From Opitutales bacterium (lineage in GTDB: Bacteria > Verrucomicrobiota > Verrucomicrobiia > Opitutales > Coraliomargaritaceae), in assembly GCA_049606355.1 (NCBI GenBank), contig JBMYVL010000008.1:78357-110356 (forward strand): a stretch of DNA of 32,000 bases, given 5' to 3'. Made by a program: the position numbers and the translations under genes. Below the pieces are notes generated by a model, which was not told where the DNA came from, made no database searches, and saw only the letters and a list, made by a program, of their open reading frames with translations. How positions within the stretch are numbered: the stretch's first letter is position 1; the number at the start of each line of letters is the position of its first letter. Positions 1-9,640 of the stretch are shown here, in pieces.

Positions 1-46
1 GCTTCCATCGTTTAACGTACTCTTCCTGAATTTATGCCCTGCCTAG

Positions 47-73
47 ATTTTTTTACAATTCAATTTTTTACAA
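47..73. repeat. Direct repeat ATTTTTT(T)ACAA x2 upstream of hisG
   Basis: ATTTTTTTACAA at 47-58 and ATTTTTTACAA at 63-73, about 70-90 nt upstream of the hisG ATG. Could be an UP-element-like or regulator site; the function is a guess. Confidence 0.3.
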
Positions 74-140
74 ACTAGCCACAATCCGTGAATTTATTCT
101 TGTGACTTGAGTTTCAAGGCCCACGTTTTTGCAGTTCATT

Positions 141-1022
141 ATGGAAAGCACACCATTACTTATGCTCGGTCTGCCGAAGGGGAGTTTAGAAGACTCTACC
201 ATCAAACTATTTGCGAAGGCAGGCTTTCAGATTACCAAGAGCTCCCGTTCGTATCGCCCCTCATTCGATGATACTGAGCTGGATGGCCGTTTTGTACGCG
301 CCCAGGAAGTGAGCCGCTACGTCGAGCATGGGTATTTTGACTGCGGACTTACCGGGCAGGATTGGGTCCGAGAAAATAGCTCGGATGTAGTTGAGGTCTG
401 TGACCTTGTGTACAGTCGCGCGTCCAACCGTCGCTCCAAATGGATTGTCGCGGTTCCAGAAGCGTCGCCGATTCAGACGGTTAAGGACCTCGAGGGGAAA
501 CGCATTGCGACCGAAGTGGTGAATATCACCAAGCAGTACCTCAGCGACAACGGAGTTTCTGCCGAGGTTGAGTTTTCTTGGGGCGCGACTGAGGTTAAAG
601 TCCCTGATCTGGTGGATGCGATTGTCGACCTTACTGAGACTGGCAATTCATTGCGGGCCAACAAACTGCGGATCGTAGATACACTTCTCTACACAAATAC
701 AGTGCTGGTTGCGAATAAAGCAGCTTGGGAGAATCCACAGAAGCGGGAGAAGATTGAAAACATTGCTTTGCTGCTACAGTCCGCCCTCGAGGCAACTAGT
801 AAAGTAGGGCTGAAACTTAATATTGAGCGTGCGAAGCTGGATATGGTTTTGGAGCAATTGCCCGCCTTGCGGAATCCAACGGTGAATCGCCTGACCGATG
901 AAGCGTGGGTTGCGATTGATACGATTTTGGATGAGAAAGTGGTGCGTGAAATCATTCCGGCACTCAAGGCGCATGGTGCTGAGGGCATCGTTGAGTATCC
1001 ACTCAATAAAGTGGTTTACTAG
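141..1022 (+). CDS. hisG: ATP phosphoribosyltransferase, long form
   Basis: ORF 129..1022; 129 is TTG and the first ATG is at 141. The N-terminus [28 protein letters not shown] and a length of about 293 aa with a C-terminal regulatory extension are typical of long-form HisG. Confidence 0.9.
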   Translation: MESTPLLMLGLPKGSLEDSTIKLFAKAGFQITKSSRSYRPSFDDTELDGRFVRAQEVSRYVEHGYFDCGLTGQDWVRENSSDVVEVCDLVYSRASNRRSKWIVAVPEASPIQTVKDLEGKRIATEVVNITKQYLSDNGVSAEVEFSWGATEVKVPDLVDAIVDLTETGNSLRANKLRIVDTLLYTNTVLVANKAAWENPQKREKIENIALLLQSALEATSKVGLKLNIERAKLDMVLEQLPALRNPTVNRLTDEAWVAIDTILDEKVVREIIPALKAHGAEGIVEYPLNKVVY

Positions 1023-1066
1023 TAGAGTCGCACCGCGCGCGGGTGCCCTTCGCTTTATTTTCTAAC

Positions 1067-1954
1067 ATGAGTGATCGTCCCAACCGTTCTGTGCGTGTCG
1101 CTCTAATTCAAGGGCGGGAGCAGGGGAGTCGACAGGCGAATCTCGATTACACCATTGCGCGTATTCGCGAAGCCGCATCTGCAGGTGCGCAGATGATCTG
1201 TACACAAGAGCTATTTAATACGCCTTATTTTTGTGCCACACAAGATCCTGCGCATTTCGATCTGGCTGAATCGGTTCCTGGCCCGACAACGGACCTGCTG
1301 TGCGCATTGGCTGCAGAGCTGGGTGTCGTCATCATCGCTTCTCTATTTGAACGGCGTGGCGCGGGTGTTTATCACAATACCGCAGCTATACTCGATGCCG
1401 ATGGTCGTTATCTGGGCAAGTATCGTAAAATGCATATTCCTCAGGATCCCGGTTTTGAGGAGAAGTTTTATTTCACACCGGGGGATTTAGGTTACCCAGT
1501 ATGGGACACTGCATTTGGTAAGATCGGAGTGTTGATTTGTTGGGATCAATGGTATCCCGAAGCGGCTCGGCTTGCGGCTCTTGCTGGAGCGGAAATCCTT
1601 TTTTATCCGACCGCAATCGGTTGGTTGCCTGAAGAAAAAGCTGATTTAGGAGACGCGCAACATACCGCATGGGAAAGTGTGCAGCGTGGCCATGCCGTGG
1701 CAAACGGTTGCTATGTGGCGGCAGTGAATCGAGTCGGGACGGAGGCCGCTACCGAATTCTGGGGGCAGTCGTTTGTCGCCGATTGCTACGGACAAATTGT
1801 CGCGCGTGCGCCGTCAGATTGCGAGACGATCCTATATGCAGATTGCGATTTACATGCGCTGGAAGCGACTCGTCAAATCTGGCCGTTTTTTCGTGATCGC
1901 CGCGTGGATAGTTATGACGGACTTACACAACGGATGCTCGATACAGATCCGTAG
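1067..1954 (+). CDS. aguB: N-carbamoylputrescine amidase (nitrilase-superfamily C-N hydrolase)
   Basis: The Glu-Lys-Cys triad contexts are present: CTQELFNTPYF, YRKMHIP, LICWDQWYPE. The gene lies directly upstream of agmatine deiminase. ATG at 1067 (1043 is GTG). Confidence 0.8.
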   Translation: MSDRPNRSVRVALIQGREQGSRQANLDYTIARIREAASAGAQMICTQELFNTPYFCATQDPAHFDLAESVPGPTTDLLCALAAELGVVIIASLFERRGAGVYHNTAAILDADGRYLGKYRKMHIPQDPGFEEKFYFTPGDLGYPVWDTAFGKIGVLICWDQWYPEAARLAALAGAEILFYPTAIGWLPEEKADLGDAQHTAWESVQRGHAVANGCYVAAVNRVGTEAATEFWGQSFVADCYGQIVARAPSDCETILYADCDLHALEATRQIWPFFRDRRVDSYDGLTQRMLDTDP

Positions 1955-2072
1955 GGGAAATCGCTGCAGGATCCAGAGCGCTACATCCTGAGCCGTGCGC
2001 CGAGTTGACTCGTCCGCCTGCGGCGGAATACTGATCCGCTGACTGCTGCGCCGCGTGGATTTGCCAATAATC

Positions 2073-3116
2073 ATGCCATCTAGAGAGACCGCCAAAATTT
2101 CGGATTTTCGTTTACCTGCCGAGTGGGAACCGCAGGCAGCAGTTTGGTTTGCATGGCCAGTCCGTCAGGATCTTTGGTCCGGGCAGATCCAGCAAGTGCG
2201 CCAGCAGTTGGCCGCGCTCTATATTATAGCGGCGCGCTATCAGACGGTTCGAGTGCTGTGCCCGCGCTTTGCCCAAGGTGAGCTAATCGCGGCACTGCAG
2301 GCCGCCGGTGGACTGCAGGGTATTGAACTTTTTGATTACCAAACAGACGATGTCTGGATCCGTGATTTTGGTCCGCTTTTTATGGTCAACGCGGAAGCTT
2401 CTGAGCTCGCTGTAGTCGATTGGGCCTTCAATGCATGGGGGAATAAATTCCCTGAGCAGGCACGGGATAATGCGGCAAGCAAATGGATCGCTGAGCAATT
2501 GAAGCTTCGCCGTTTCGGTCAGCCGTTCGTACTGGAAGGTGGTGCGATTGAAAGCAATGGCGCAGGTGTTTTGCTCACAACCGAAGCGGTTCTACTCAAC
2601 CCGAATCGGCGGGGCCCTGCTTCAATCGAAGGAGTGGAAGGTCTTTTAGCTGACGGGCTATGTATCGATCGGGTGCTATGGCTCAAAGATGGACTCGCGG
2701 GTGATGATACCGATGGCCATATCGACAATCTGGCGCGGTTCTTCGCTGTCGATGGGATATTGGTCGCGATGCCCGCGGCAACGGATACTGCTAATACACC
2801 TGCCTTGCAGGAGAATCGGCGACGCATTCAACAAATGGGGACCGATCGTGGCTTGCCGTATCGAATCGTGGAACTGCCGCTGCCAAATCCATTCCAGGTC
2901 GAGGGTCGACCGCTTGCTGCCAGTTATTTGAATTATTTAGTACTCAACGATGCGGTGTTGGTACCCACGTTCAATCAACCGGAGCAAGATGCACAGGCGC
3001 TGCAAATCATCGCTTCCTGTTTCCCCACTCGACAAATTGTTGGCTTTGATTGCTGCAAGATCGTGCAGGAGGGCGGCGCACTGCATTGTATGAGCCAGAA
3101 TCAACCTGCGCTCTGA
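2073..3116 (+). CDS. aguA: Agmatine deiminase
   Basis: Motifs FRLPAEWEPQ, WIRDFGP and TDGHIDN are present, plus the C-terminal catalytic Cys in GGALHCMSQ. ATG at 2073 inside ORF 2055..3116. Confidence 0.85.
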   Translation: MPSRETAKISDFRLPAEWEPQAAVWFAWPVRQDLWSGQIQQVRQQLAALYIIAARYQTVRVLCPRFAQGELIAALQAAGGLQGIELFDYQTDDVWIRDFGPLFMVNAEASELAVVDWAFNAWGNKFPEQARDNAASKWIAEQLKLRRFGQPFVLEGGAIESNGAGVLLTTEAVLLNPNRRGPASIEGVEGLLADGLCIDRVLWLKDGLAGDDTDGHIDNLARFFAVDGILVAMPAATDTANTPALQENRRRIQQMGTDRGLPYRIVELPLPNPFQVEGRPLAASYLNYLVLNDAVLVPTFNQPEQDAQALQIIASCFPTRQIVGFDCCKIVQEGGALHCMSQNQPAL

Positions 3117-3148
3117 CAAAGCCATCGATGCTTTAAGGTCGCAACGCC

Positions 3149-3991
3149 CTAAACATCGACGTTAAAGCCGAGTGCTTCAGGATCAAAGTGCATGCAGGCC
3201 ACCCGCGTCGCTGGCCCCGTCATGCGGATCTTATAGGCATCACCAATTTCAATGCCAATTTTACCGCCCGGCATATGCACGGTGATTGTCTCGTCGCACA
3301 GTCCGATGTGATGCGCGACTGCAGCGGCGGCACTGCTACTGGAGCCAGAGGCAAGGGTATAGCCGGCGCCACGCTCCCAAATTTCAATCTGAATATTGTT
3401 GCGGTCGATGACTTTGAGGAACTGCACGTTGGTGCGGTTCGGGAAAGAGGGATGTACTTCGATCGCAGCACCATCCTTGCAGGCGAGCGTCTCTGAAATT
3501 TCATTCAGGGGCACCACGCAATGTGGATTGCCGATATCAGCGATGTAAACAGTGTAATCGATGCCATGGATAGACAGCGACTCCCCCTGCGTTGCCTCTG
3601 TAGAAGGCGATGACTCGCGGCCAAATGTAACCTTGCCCATATCGACAGTGATCGACTGTGCGCCTTCGCTGATCTTACAGGTGACGATTCCGCCGATTGT
3701 ATCGACGGTGAAAGGCTTTGTCCCAACCTTATCGCAGTCGTATAAATAGCGCGCGAAAATCCTTAGGCCATTGCCACTTTTTTCCGCTTCAGAGCCATCC
3801 GGATTAATGATGCGCAAGCCGAAATCAGCACGGTCCGTTGGTATCGGTCCATAGAGGATGCCATCGGAGCCAAGCCCAAAATTACGGTGGCAGATACGTA
3901 TGGTCGCATCGGTCTCCGGGAGTTCAGGTGCATCAATCGGATCGAGAACGAGGTAATCGTTTCCCAATGCATGGTATTTGCTGAATTTCAT
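3149..3991 (-). CDS. dapF: Diaminopimelate epimerase homolog with both catalytic Cys positions occupied by Ser
   Basis: The protein is collinear with DapF: MKFSKYHALGNDYLVLD, NPDGSEAEKSGNGLR, IGNPHCVV, WERGAGYTLASGSS. Residues 72 and 215, equivalent to Cys73 and Cys217 of E. coli/H. influenzae DapF, are Ser. The gene starts 5 nt after the leuA stop. Confidence 0.75.
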   Translation of the reverse strand: MKFSKYHALGNDYLVLDPIDAPELPETDATIRICHRNFGLGSDGILYGPIPTDRADFGLRIINPDGSEAEKSGNGLRIFARYLYDCDKVGTKPFTVDTIGGIVTCKISEGAQSITVDMGKVTFGRESSPSTEATQGESLSIHGIDYTVYIADIGNPHCVVPLNEISETLACKDGAAIEVHPSFPNRTNVQFLKVIDRNNIQIEIWERGAGYTLASGSSSSAAAAVAHHIGLCDETITVHMPGGKIGIEIGDAYKIRMTGPATRVACMHFDPEALGFNVDV

Positions 3992-3996
3992 GAGTA

Positions 3997-5676
3997 TTAA
4001 AGTGTTGTCATGCGGTTATAGGCACTGATTAGCGCGCGTAGGCCGGCGAGTTCGATGTTGGGATCCACGCCGCAGCCGTAGTAGACCTTGCCGTCGGCTT
4101 GTTGGATCTGAATATACGCAGCCGCCTCTGTTTTAGAGCCTGAACCAATCGAATGTTGGCGGTAGTCGACCAGTGTGAAGTTTTTCATCCCGCGCTGATC
4201 CAAGGCATCCACAAAGGCGCTGATTGGACCATTGCCTTGCCCCGCTACGGTACTCTGCTCGCCCTTGTAGACGATGTCGGCTTCCACACGTACTTCCCCT
4301 GTTTTGGAAAAATCTTCCCGATCGATCGCGCTGATTGCCAATGGTTCAGAAAGGTTGACGTAGGCGTCTTTAAAAACGGCGTAGACCTCATCTGGATTCA
4401 ATTCGCGGCTATCTGCATCTGCGGCAGCGTTAATGACTTCTCCGACTTCGGGGTGCATTGCTTTGGGGAGATCCAGACCAAAGTCGCGTGCGAGAATATA
4501 GGCCACACCTCCTTTGCCACTTTGGCTATTGATTCGGATAATGGCCTCGTAGTCACGCCCGATATCCTGTGGATCAATGAGCAAATAGGGGACCTGCCAG
4601 AGGGCACGTTCACTATCAGCGGCAGCATCGCGTAGATCCATGCCTTTCTTAATCGCATCCTGGTGCGAACCTGAAAATGCCGTGAAGACCAAGTCGCCTG
4701 CATAGGGGTGTCGCTCGGGCACTGACATGCGCGTAATGCGTTCATAATCCGCACGGATGCTGTCGAGGTTCGAAAAGTCGAGGCGAGGATCCACACCTTG
4801 CGCGTAGAGGTTTAGCGCGACCGTGACGATATCGAGATTCCCCGTGCGCTCGCCATTGCCAAATAAAGTACCTTCCACGCGATCTGCACCCGCCATTAAA
4901 CCGAGTTCAGTGGCAGCGACACCGGTACCCCGGTCGTTATGAGTGTGCAGACTGATAATCGCTTTATTGCGCTCCTTCATGTGTCGGCAGAACCATTCGA
5001 TTTGGTCAGCGTGCACATTGGGAGTCGCGACTTCGACAGTCGCGGGTAAGTTCAGGATAATTGGGTTTGTCTCGCTGGGTTGCCAGACGTCCATCACCGC
5101 TTCACAGACTTCCAAGGCATACTCCACCTCTGTGTCGGAAAAACTCTCTGGGGAGTATTGAAGCCGTATTTGGGTGTCTGGAATTGTATCGACCAAAGAT
5201 TGGATCAATCGCGCACCATCGACAGCGATTTGTTTAATCGCTTCCTTACTTTTGTTGAACGTGACGCGCCGCTGTAAGGGGGATGTCGAATTGTACAGAT
5301 GAACAATCGCCTGCTTCACGCCGGCTAAACTCTCGAAAGTGCGACGTATGAGATGTTCGCGCGCCTGCACCAAGACTTGGATGGTGACATCCTCGGGGAT
5401 GCGTTGCTCCTCGACCAAGCGACGAATGAAGTTAAATTCGGTGTCGCTGGCAGAGGGAAAGCCAACCTCGATCTCCTTGAAGCCGATTTTGACCAGTAGC
5501 TCAAAAAATTCAATTTTCTCATCCACCGTCATCGGAATCGCCAAGGCTTGGTTTCCGTCTCTTAAGTCGACGCTGGTCCAGATAGGAGCCTGTTGAATCA
5601 CGCGGCTCGGCCAAATACGGTCGGGCAGATCAATTTGTGGAAAAGCTTTATACTTTGTGATGGATCCTGTTTGCAT
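3997..5676 (-). CDS. leuA: 2-isopropylmalate synthase, long (LeuA type 2) form
   Basis: Motifs VDLRDGNQ and LHTHNDRGTG are present, and the C-terminal regulatory domain is there. ATG at 5676 (MQTGSITKYK); the longer ORF start at 5706 is TTG. Confidence 0.9.
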   Translation of the reverse strand: MQTGSITKYKAFPQIDLPDRIWPSRVIQQAPIWTSVDLRDGNQALAIPMTVDEKIEFFELLVKIGFKEIEVGFPSASDTEFNFIRRLVEEQRIPEDVTIQVLVQAREHLIRRTFESLAGVKQAIVHLYNSTSPLQRRVTFNKSKEAIKQIAVDGARLIQSLVDTIPDTQIRLQYSPESFSDTEVEYALEVCEAVMDVWQPSETNPIILNLPATVEVATPNVHADQIEWFCRHMKERNKAIISLHTHNDRGTGVAATELGLMAGADRVEGTLFGNGERTGNLDIVTVALNLYAQGVDPRLDFSNLDSIRADYERITRMSVPERHPYAGDLVFTAFSGSHQDAIKKGMDLRDAAADSERALWQVPYLLIDPQDIGRDYEAIIRINSQSGKGGVAYILARDFGLDLPKAMHPEVGEVINAAADADSRELNPDEVYAVFKDAYVNLSEPLAISAIDREDFSKTGEVRVEADIVYKGEQSTVAGQGNGPISAFVDALDQRGMKNFTLVDYRQHSIGSGSKTEAAAYIQIQQADGKVYYGCGVDPNIELAGLRALISAYNRMTTL

Positions 5677-5967
5677 GGTGCGGGGGCAGCAAAAAGTGTG
5701 AGTCAATCAGGTTTGCTGCGGAAATAAAGCGCGCATTTTAGATTGTAGCAACCGCCGTTCAAAGCCTTTTTGGCCTTTGCTTTGCTTGTGGGAGGCGCCC
5801 CATACAAGGCTCGTTGGCGATGTGTAAGCTTGTTTGCTCCTGCCTCCATTGAGTGCTGAAGAAGTAGTTAAGCCATTTGTTTTGAATTGCTTAAGTGGAA
5901 TGGGGGCAAGTCTTGAGCCCAGCACTTGGTGCTTGTTCATACTGCGTTTACTCATCAGGTTGGCGCG

Positions 5968-6537
5968 GTGTCAGAATTTGTATCAGATTTGTCAGGTCGT
6001 ACCATCGTGTTGGGGGTCACTGGCTCGATCGCAGCTTATAAGGCTGCGGATATAACCAGCCGTCTTACGGAATTGGGCGCTAAGGTCTTCCCCGTACTCA
6101 CGCAATCCGCCTGTCAGTTTATCCAGCCGCTTACGCTCCAGACATTGGCACGTAACCCTGCCGCGCATGACCTCTGGCAGGAAGTCGACGCTTGGCAACC
6201 GGGGCATATTGATCTGGCGGATCAGGCGGATTTACTCCTGGTCGCACCCGCGACAGCGCACTGTCTGGCAAATTTTGCGCACGGGCTGGCTCCCGATTTG
6301 TTGACATCAATTCATTTGGCAACACGTGCGCCGACGCTGTTGGCACCTGCCATGAACGGGAAGATGCTGGCACATCCGGCAACTCAGGCGAACCTGAAGC
6401 TGCTGCGGGAGCGTGGCTACCATTTTATTGAGCCGCAGTGCGGTCGGCTTGCCTGCGGCTATGAGGGCGAGGGCAAGCTGGCTGAGGTCGCTACCATCAT
6501 ACAGGCCGTATCTGATTTCTTCAGCACTCCGGCGTGA
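5968..6537 (+). CDS. coaC: Phosphopantothenoylcysteine decarboxylase, stand-alone flavoprotein (CoaC domain only)
   Basis: Motifs TIVLGVTGSIAAYKAADI, GHIDLADQADLLLVAPATA, APAMNGKM and GRLACGYEGEGKLAE match the N-terminal half of Dfp/CoaBC. The ORF stops where the CoaB domain would begin. The start is uncertain: TTG 5926, GTG 5968 or TTG about 5986. Confidence 0.75.
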   Translation: MSEFVSDLSGRTIVLGVTGSIAAYKAADITSRLTELGAKVFPVLTQSACQFIQPLTLQTLARNPAAHDLWQEVDAWQPGHIDLADQADLLLVAPATAHCLANFAHGLAPDLLTSIHLATRAPTLLAPAMNGKMLAHPATQANLKLLRERGYHFIEPQCGRLACGYEGEGKLAEVATIIQAVSDFFSTPA

Positions 6538-6664
6538 GGGCACCCCTTGATGTCTGGATGGTGTAACCCAGTGACTGGATCTGCCTGTGGCACCGTGGTT
6601 TAGGGGCGGTACATCGGCGACTTTTCGCTTGTCTACCAAGGTAAAGTATTTGTTAAACTAAATT

Positions 6665-7450
6665 ATGGTTGTACCCCGAACCATTTGTGTCCGCTACGCG
6701 TATTTGGCCTTGTTGTCCTGTTGGTCCTGGCTGTTGCCCTTATCTGCGGATCAGGCAGACCATGATTTGCCTACGATCCAGGAGCTATACCTGAATTATA
6801 TTCAAGCGAATGGCGGGCTCGCGCAAATACAGTCGCTCAGATCCGTCATTATAAGCGGCCGCATCAGTAACTATATTAAAGAGGATGCGGTCTCTGTGGA
6901 TTTTAAGCTGTGCCGCAAGCAACCCAACCGTATGCGCATGCGCATGGATTTCGAACAGTATTCGATGCTCACGATCTATGATGGGGAGCAAGGATGGCGC
7001 CGCTGGACTCATGACAATGGTGCGACGCATGAGATCGAATTGGATGCAGCGGCCTTGAGCAGTGTTCGCACGAGCAGCAGTCTACACTCACCTCTCTATG
7101 AAATGAGAGATCAATTGAGTGATTTTGAAGTTGTTGCGATGGAAACCGTCAATGGGCGTTCTGCGCTTAAACTTCAAGCAGTACAGCAAAGCGATTCGAA
7201 GTACCGCACGCTTTGGCTGGATGCAGAGAATTATCAAGAACTGAAGTTGATCCCCAATTGGGATGAATTGCCGAGTGAACTGTCTGCGGATTACCACGAG
7301 CTGGTATTGTCTGATTACAGGAATATCGATGGCCACTGGATGCCGTACCAAGCCGACTATTATTTAGATGGGGAAGTGGTTCGATCCACGGTGGTGACAA
7401 AGGTCCGTGTGAATGTAGGTGTTTTCGACGGCTACTTCAGCCTGAATTAG
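6665..7450 (+). CDS. Secreted protein, possibly LolA-like (outer-membrane lipoprotein-sorting-like fold)
   Basis: ATG start. N-terminal signal peptide YLALLSCWSWLLPLSA/DQ. The size and beta-rich composition resemble LolA-like family proteins; that family call is from memory only. Confidence 0.6.
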   Translation: MVVPRTICVRYAYLALLSCWSWLLPLSADQADHDLPTIQELYLNYIQANGGLAQIQSLRSVIISGRISNYIKEDAVSVDFKLCRKQPNRMRMRMDFEQYSMLTIYDGEQGWRRWTHDNGATHEIELDAAALSSVRTSSSLHSPLYEMRDQLSDFEVVAMETVNGRSALKLQAVQQSDSKYRTLWLDAENYQELKLIPNWDELPSELSADYHELVLSDYRNIDGHWMPYQADYYLDGEVVRSTVVTKVRVNVGVFDGYFSLN

Positions 7451-7488
7451 CGCCGCTTGTAGGCGCATGGAGTCGGGGCTTCAGTCGG

Positions 7489-8274
7489 TTACAGGATTAT
7501 ACTACTGAATGGGCCGAGCAGGAGCACGCAGTCAGCTAGGATGCGAAAATTCTCGCCGTGAATATATTTTTGTCCGAGGCGGAGCAGCATGAGGCAGGCC
7601 CATGGAAGCAGGATAACTGGGCTGATCGTGAGCCCAACCAGCCCGGTGCAGAGATAGACTCCAGTCGATAGGTGCGGAAGAGTGCTCAATGAGCGGATTC
7701 TCAAGGCGTGATCGACGGCATATTCTTTGCGAGCAATGAGGAGGCAGTTGCAAGTGCACAAACAGGCCAAGGCCAAGCCATCCTGCCAGAGCCCTATCGG
7801 AGGATTTTCAATGAAGATAATTGTGCCGCCGACGAAAATAAGGGCGACACACAGCTCTTTGGGGAAGAAGCGCTCCGCCCAGTGCTGATTGCTAAATGTA
7901 TAGAGCAGGCAAAGTATCAAAAGGCCAACGCCATTGCGTAATTGAGTTACGCTGAGCAGGCAAAGTGCACTGCTAATTGCTACGATTAAGATGCCCCACC
8001 AAATCTGCCATAGCCGATGCGATTGATGCTGCGCGAAGCGGTGCCGAAAAGAAAGGAGGTCCTCAGGCGCACGATGCCGCACATCCAGCAGGCGATCCGC
8101 CATGTAAGTAAGCCATACCGAAAGCGCTAACACCACGATAGCACCGAGGCCGATGCCAGTGCCGGCGAAATGCTGCTGCCAGCAGACTGCAATGAGGGCG
8201 GCATCAATGCCTAAGATATTCGGCCAGTGCCAGATGCGTCGAGTTGTTCGGTTGTTTGGGGCGCGTTGATTCAC
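7489..8274 (-). CDS. Polytopic inner-membrane protein of unknown function (weak UbiA-like YxxDRxxD motif)
   Basis: 261-aa ORF with a GTG start and about 7-8 hydrophobic helices. YMADRLLDVRHR follows the second helix. No confident family assignment. Confidence 0.6.
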   Translation of the reverse strand: MNQRAPNNRTTRRIWHWPNILGIDAALIAVCWQQHFAGTGIGLGAIVVLALSVWLTYMADRLLDVRHRAPEDLLSFRHRFAQHQSHRLWQIWWGILIVAISSALCLLSVTQLRNGVGLLILCLLYTFSNQHWAERFFPKELCVALIFVGGTIIFIENPPIGLWQDGLALACLCTCNCLLIARKEYAVDHALRIRSLSTLPHLSTGVYLCTGLVGLTISPVILLPWACLMLLRLGQKYIHGENFRILADCVLLLGPFSSIIL

Positions 8275-8478
8275 CTGGGTTCAGTGGAGTGGAATACGAT
8301 CCGTAAGGTAAATGGAAGTGGGCGAATCGATGCAGACGGACCTATCGGAGCGAACGTTGCATCGAGTTGAGGTATCGGGTGCAAGCGCTGTTGGAATCGT
8401 TAACATGATTGGACGCGCGCAATATCCCAACCGTGGCTGGGTAAACAGCAAGGATAGCTGTGCAGCTCAAGCGCTGTT

Positions 8479-8503
8479 TACAAAACACCGACCCCTTTGT
8501 CGG
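8479..8503 (-). terminator. Putative intrinsic terminator after tRNA-Ser
   Basis: On the minus strand the sequence reads CCGAC-AAAGGG-GTCGG followed by TGTTTTGT, about 25 nt past the tRNA 3' end. Confidence 0.5.
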
Positions 8504-8528
8504 ATGTGACTCAGGCCGGATCCGTTCA

Positions 8529-8627
<99 letters not shown>

Positions 8628-8827
8628 TGGTTTGTTAAAAGGGCTCTAGACTCAGGTTCAACCTTATTCTTAAAAATTGTGAGTGGGGCTCGGTGAGTCA
8701 CCATGCGGGCGCAACGAAATCGATGAATTCTAGTCGTTGTTTGGATGTGCGGTTAAATAGTATCTGTTGACGCGCTTTTTGGGGCTTTCTGCTGGACGGA
8801 GGAGCACCCTCACTTAAACATACGCTT

Positions 8828-9613
8828 ATGTCTGCGACGGTATTTACAATTGCGAATCAAAAGGGCGGCGTCGGTAAGACGACCACGGCAATCAACACCA
8901 GTTATGCCCTTGCTGCGCGAGGGGTGCGTACGGTGTTAGTAGACCTTGACCCGCAGGCCAATGCTACCAGTGGTCTCGGCTTGGAGAAAGTGCAGGGGAG
9001 TAGCCTCTATGGTCCGCTCTGTGGAGAAGGGCGCTCGCTGGATAAAATTCAACCGGTGGCTGCGAGCGATTGTCTTTTTATGATCCCATCCGAAGTGGAT
9101 ATGGCGGCAATTGAGATCGAATTGGTGCAGCGGGAGAATTATCTGGTGCAGTTGCGTGAATGCCTCGCACCGATCCGCGAGTCCGGCGATTATGATGCGA
9201 TTATCTTGGATTGCCCGCCTGCGCTGGGGATGCTGTCGATGAATAGTCTGGCGGCAGCGGATTATCTCTTGATCGCATTGCAGTGTGAGTACCTAGCGAT
9301 GGAGGGGCTTGGCCAAATTCTCAATGTTTTGGAGAAGCTACGTGAAGCGGGTGTGAACCAAGGGCTCGAGCTCGGAGGTATTTTGATGACGATGTTTGAT
9401 CAGCGTACTAACTTGGCGCATCAAGTGGTAGGTGAAGTGCGTAATCACTTCGATGAGTTGGTTTTTCGTACGATGATCCCGCGCTCGATTCGGATCAGTG
9501 AAGCGCCAAGCTTTGGTCAGTCGATTTTTGAATACGATCCCGATGGGGCTGGTGCGAATGCCTATCGTTATTTTGCCGACGAAATCATCGATCGGTTTCA
9601 GCTCGCGCACTAG
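8828..9613 (+). CDS. parA: ParA/Soj-type chromosome partitioning ATPase
   Basis: Deviant Walker A IANQKGGVGKTTTAIN, plus DLDPQANAT and ILDCPPALG. Length 261 aa. Confidence 0.9.
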   Translation: MSATVFTIANQKGGVGKTTTAINTSYALAARGVRTVLVDLDPQANATSGLGLEKVQGSSLYGPLCGEGRSLDKIQPVAASDCLFMIPSEVDMAAIEIELVQRENYLVQLRECLAPIRESGDYDAIILDCPPALGMLSMNSLAAADYLLIALQCEYLAMEGLGQILNVLEKLREAGVNQGLELGGILMTMFDQRTNLAHQVVGEVRNHFDELVFRTMIPRSIRISEAPSFGQSIFEYDPDGAGANAYRYFADEIIDRFQLAH

Positions 9614-9640
9614 CGCCTTGGGTGGTGATCGCCACAACCC

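Noticed and set aside
4153-4635. A 160-aa plus-strand ORF inside leuA, and similar internal ORFs across the window (for example 18430..18843, 21793..22143, 22219..22566, 31178..31924).
   Set aside because: All are antisense or out-of-frame shadows of genes with strong family motifs. None has an independent start context or recognisable domains.
5707-5955. An 82-aa minus-strand ORF immediately upstream of, and in frame with, leuA. I considered a leader peptide or an N-terminal extension.
   Set aside because: It is separated from leuA by an in-frame stop. Its composition is basic and Ser/Lys/Gln-rich with no Leu run. A TACAAT -10-like box at 5742-5747 (minus strand) suggests transcription starts inside it.
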